This document shows positions 62,563 to 64,000 of a stretch of 64,000 nt of DNA, piece by piece. Made by a program: the position numbers and the translations under genes. This DNA is from Malacoraja senta (Eukaryota), in the NCBI GenBank assembly GCA_038087875.1, contig CM075999.1, forward strand, positions 1,180,001-1,244,000, in the 5' to 3' direction. The notes beneath the pieces were generated by a model that searched no databases, was not told the DNA's origin, and saw only the letters and a list, made by a program, of their open reading frames with translations. Positions within the stretch are counted from its first letter, which is position 1. Each line of letters opens with the position of its first letter.

Positions 62563-63567
62563 CATTTGCAATCCGAGGTTAGCCATTCGCGACATTATTG
62601 GCAGCATGTTGGATGCCAGAAGACACCACACCCACTAAAATGCTTAAATTATTGTTAAAACTGTTAAAAAAAACTTCAAATCCTCTCAATTATTTAAAAA
62701 ACGCTTTACAATATATTAAAAATAAAAAAGCAATAACATTGAAAAGGCTCCGGAACATAATTGAGAATATCATACATTTCATACCACCAAATCGTTAAAT
62801 CAACTCAAGCAATTTAAAGAATTTTTTATTATTTATTAATACCCTTGACTTGCAGTTATTTCTCTCCATTGAGATATATATGGATTCACCAGAAATTTCG
62901 AGGACCAGAGACATGAAAATCTCTGCCAAGCAAATGTACATAACACCATTGCTGCCTGTGGTGATACAAACTCAATGGTTCAATGGTGCTTCATTGCCAC
63001 ATGTGCACTGCACAGGGGAATTCGTTTTGCATTGATCACACATACACCAGTCACTATGGTTTGGCATCATTTACAAGAAGTCCAAAGTTCGGTCCATGCA
63101 TTCGATGTACTGGAGCAGCTCCCATTCCAGGTAAGTCCCAAGCTGCTGCAGGGCCTCTTCTGTCATCCCCGGCCCGTGAACTGATGTCCCTCTCATATGG
63201 TCATAGGGTCATAAGGGCTAGAAGTAGAATTAGACCATTCGGCCCATTAAGTTCACAGCCACTCAATCATGGCTGATCTATCTCTCCTAACTCCATTCTC
63301 CTGCCTTCTCCCCATAACCTCTGACACCCGTACTAATCAAGAATCTATCTATCTCTGCCTTAAAAATATCCACTGACTTGGCCGCCACAGCCTTCTGTGG
63401 CAAAGAATTCCATAAATGTATTATTTATTGATCATTTATCCATTAACCCACGGGGTCTCGTGGAGAACGTGCAAACTCCACCACTCAGCGGCAGGGATGG
63501 GGATCAAACCCAGGTCTCCGGCGCCGAGAGGCAGCGGTTCTCCCCGCCGCGCCACCGTTCCACTGCC

Positions 63568-63790
63568 TTGCCTGAATACCTTTGTGTCCTGGAAGAAGCT
63601 CATGCAGCCGACCTTGAAGGCGCTGGAGGCCATCCTCCAGATGGCCGAAGGCCTTCCACACCAGACCCAGTCCTTCAATGTCCAGTAGCCACCACACTGC
63701 AAAGCTTCTACACTGGTTGCTCTGTGCTTCAGTACGTCCCTCAGCACACACTCCCGCAGCCTGGAATGTGCAAATTGGCAGCATTCCCTT
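63568..63790 (-). mobile_element. L1/Tx1-type LINE 3' relic
   Basis: RECCQFAHSRLRECVLRDVLK resembles the Tx1-like ORF2 C-terminus (from recall). Confidence 0.55.
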
Positions 63791-63970
63791 ATGTACTTTT
63801 TGTGATAATGGAAGACCAACAAACCAAAGAACGTACCCCATGCCTCTGCTTAACTAAAGTAAGCTGGTGAAAAGCAGCCTGACCTTAACTGCTCGATGAA
63901 CATTTTGTTTTGAGCCTGCAACCGGCTCAATTGGGCGGCACAGTGACACAGCGGTAGAGTTGCTGCCTTA

Positions 63971-64000
63971 AGGGCCTGTCCCACTTTCACGACCTAATTC
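63971..64000. mobile_element. Start of a Harbinger-type MITE inserted at TTA in an HE1-like SINE head (63933-63970)
   Basis: gcctta|agggcctgtcccactt. Confidence 0.8.

Overview
Eukaryotic, repeat-dominated DNA. The HE1-type V-SINEs, CR1 tails and Deu-domain SINE relics point to a cartilaginous fish, probably a skate or ray (inference). I recognise no host protein-coding gene, and most ORFs in the track are by-products of repeats. The window holds two full-length but defective Ty3/Gypsy LTR retrotransposons. The first (18236-23626, +) has the unusual PR-IN-RT-RH order of Gmr1-like elements and an antisense LTR-promoter insert in gag. The second (24997-29082, -) is a sushi-like chromovirus with a self-priming signature. 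Also present: a 5'-truncated Penelope GIY-YIG element; many short Penelope-derived hairpin inserts carrying a minimal hammerhead-ribozyme motif, several with 11-18 bp target duplications; Rex1, Crack/L2, CR1 and Tx1 LINE fragments; several MITE families; a teleost-AFC-like SINE; an 11-bp minisatellite; local duplications; one candidate host exon; and a 200-N gap. Boundaries of decayed fragments are approximate.
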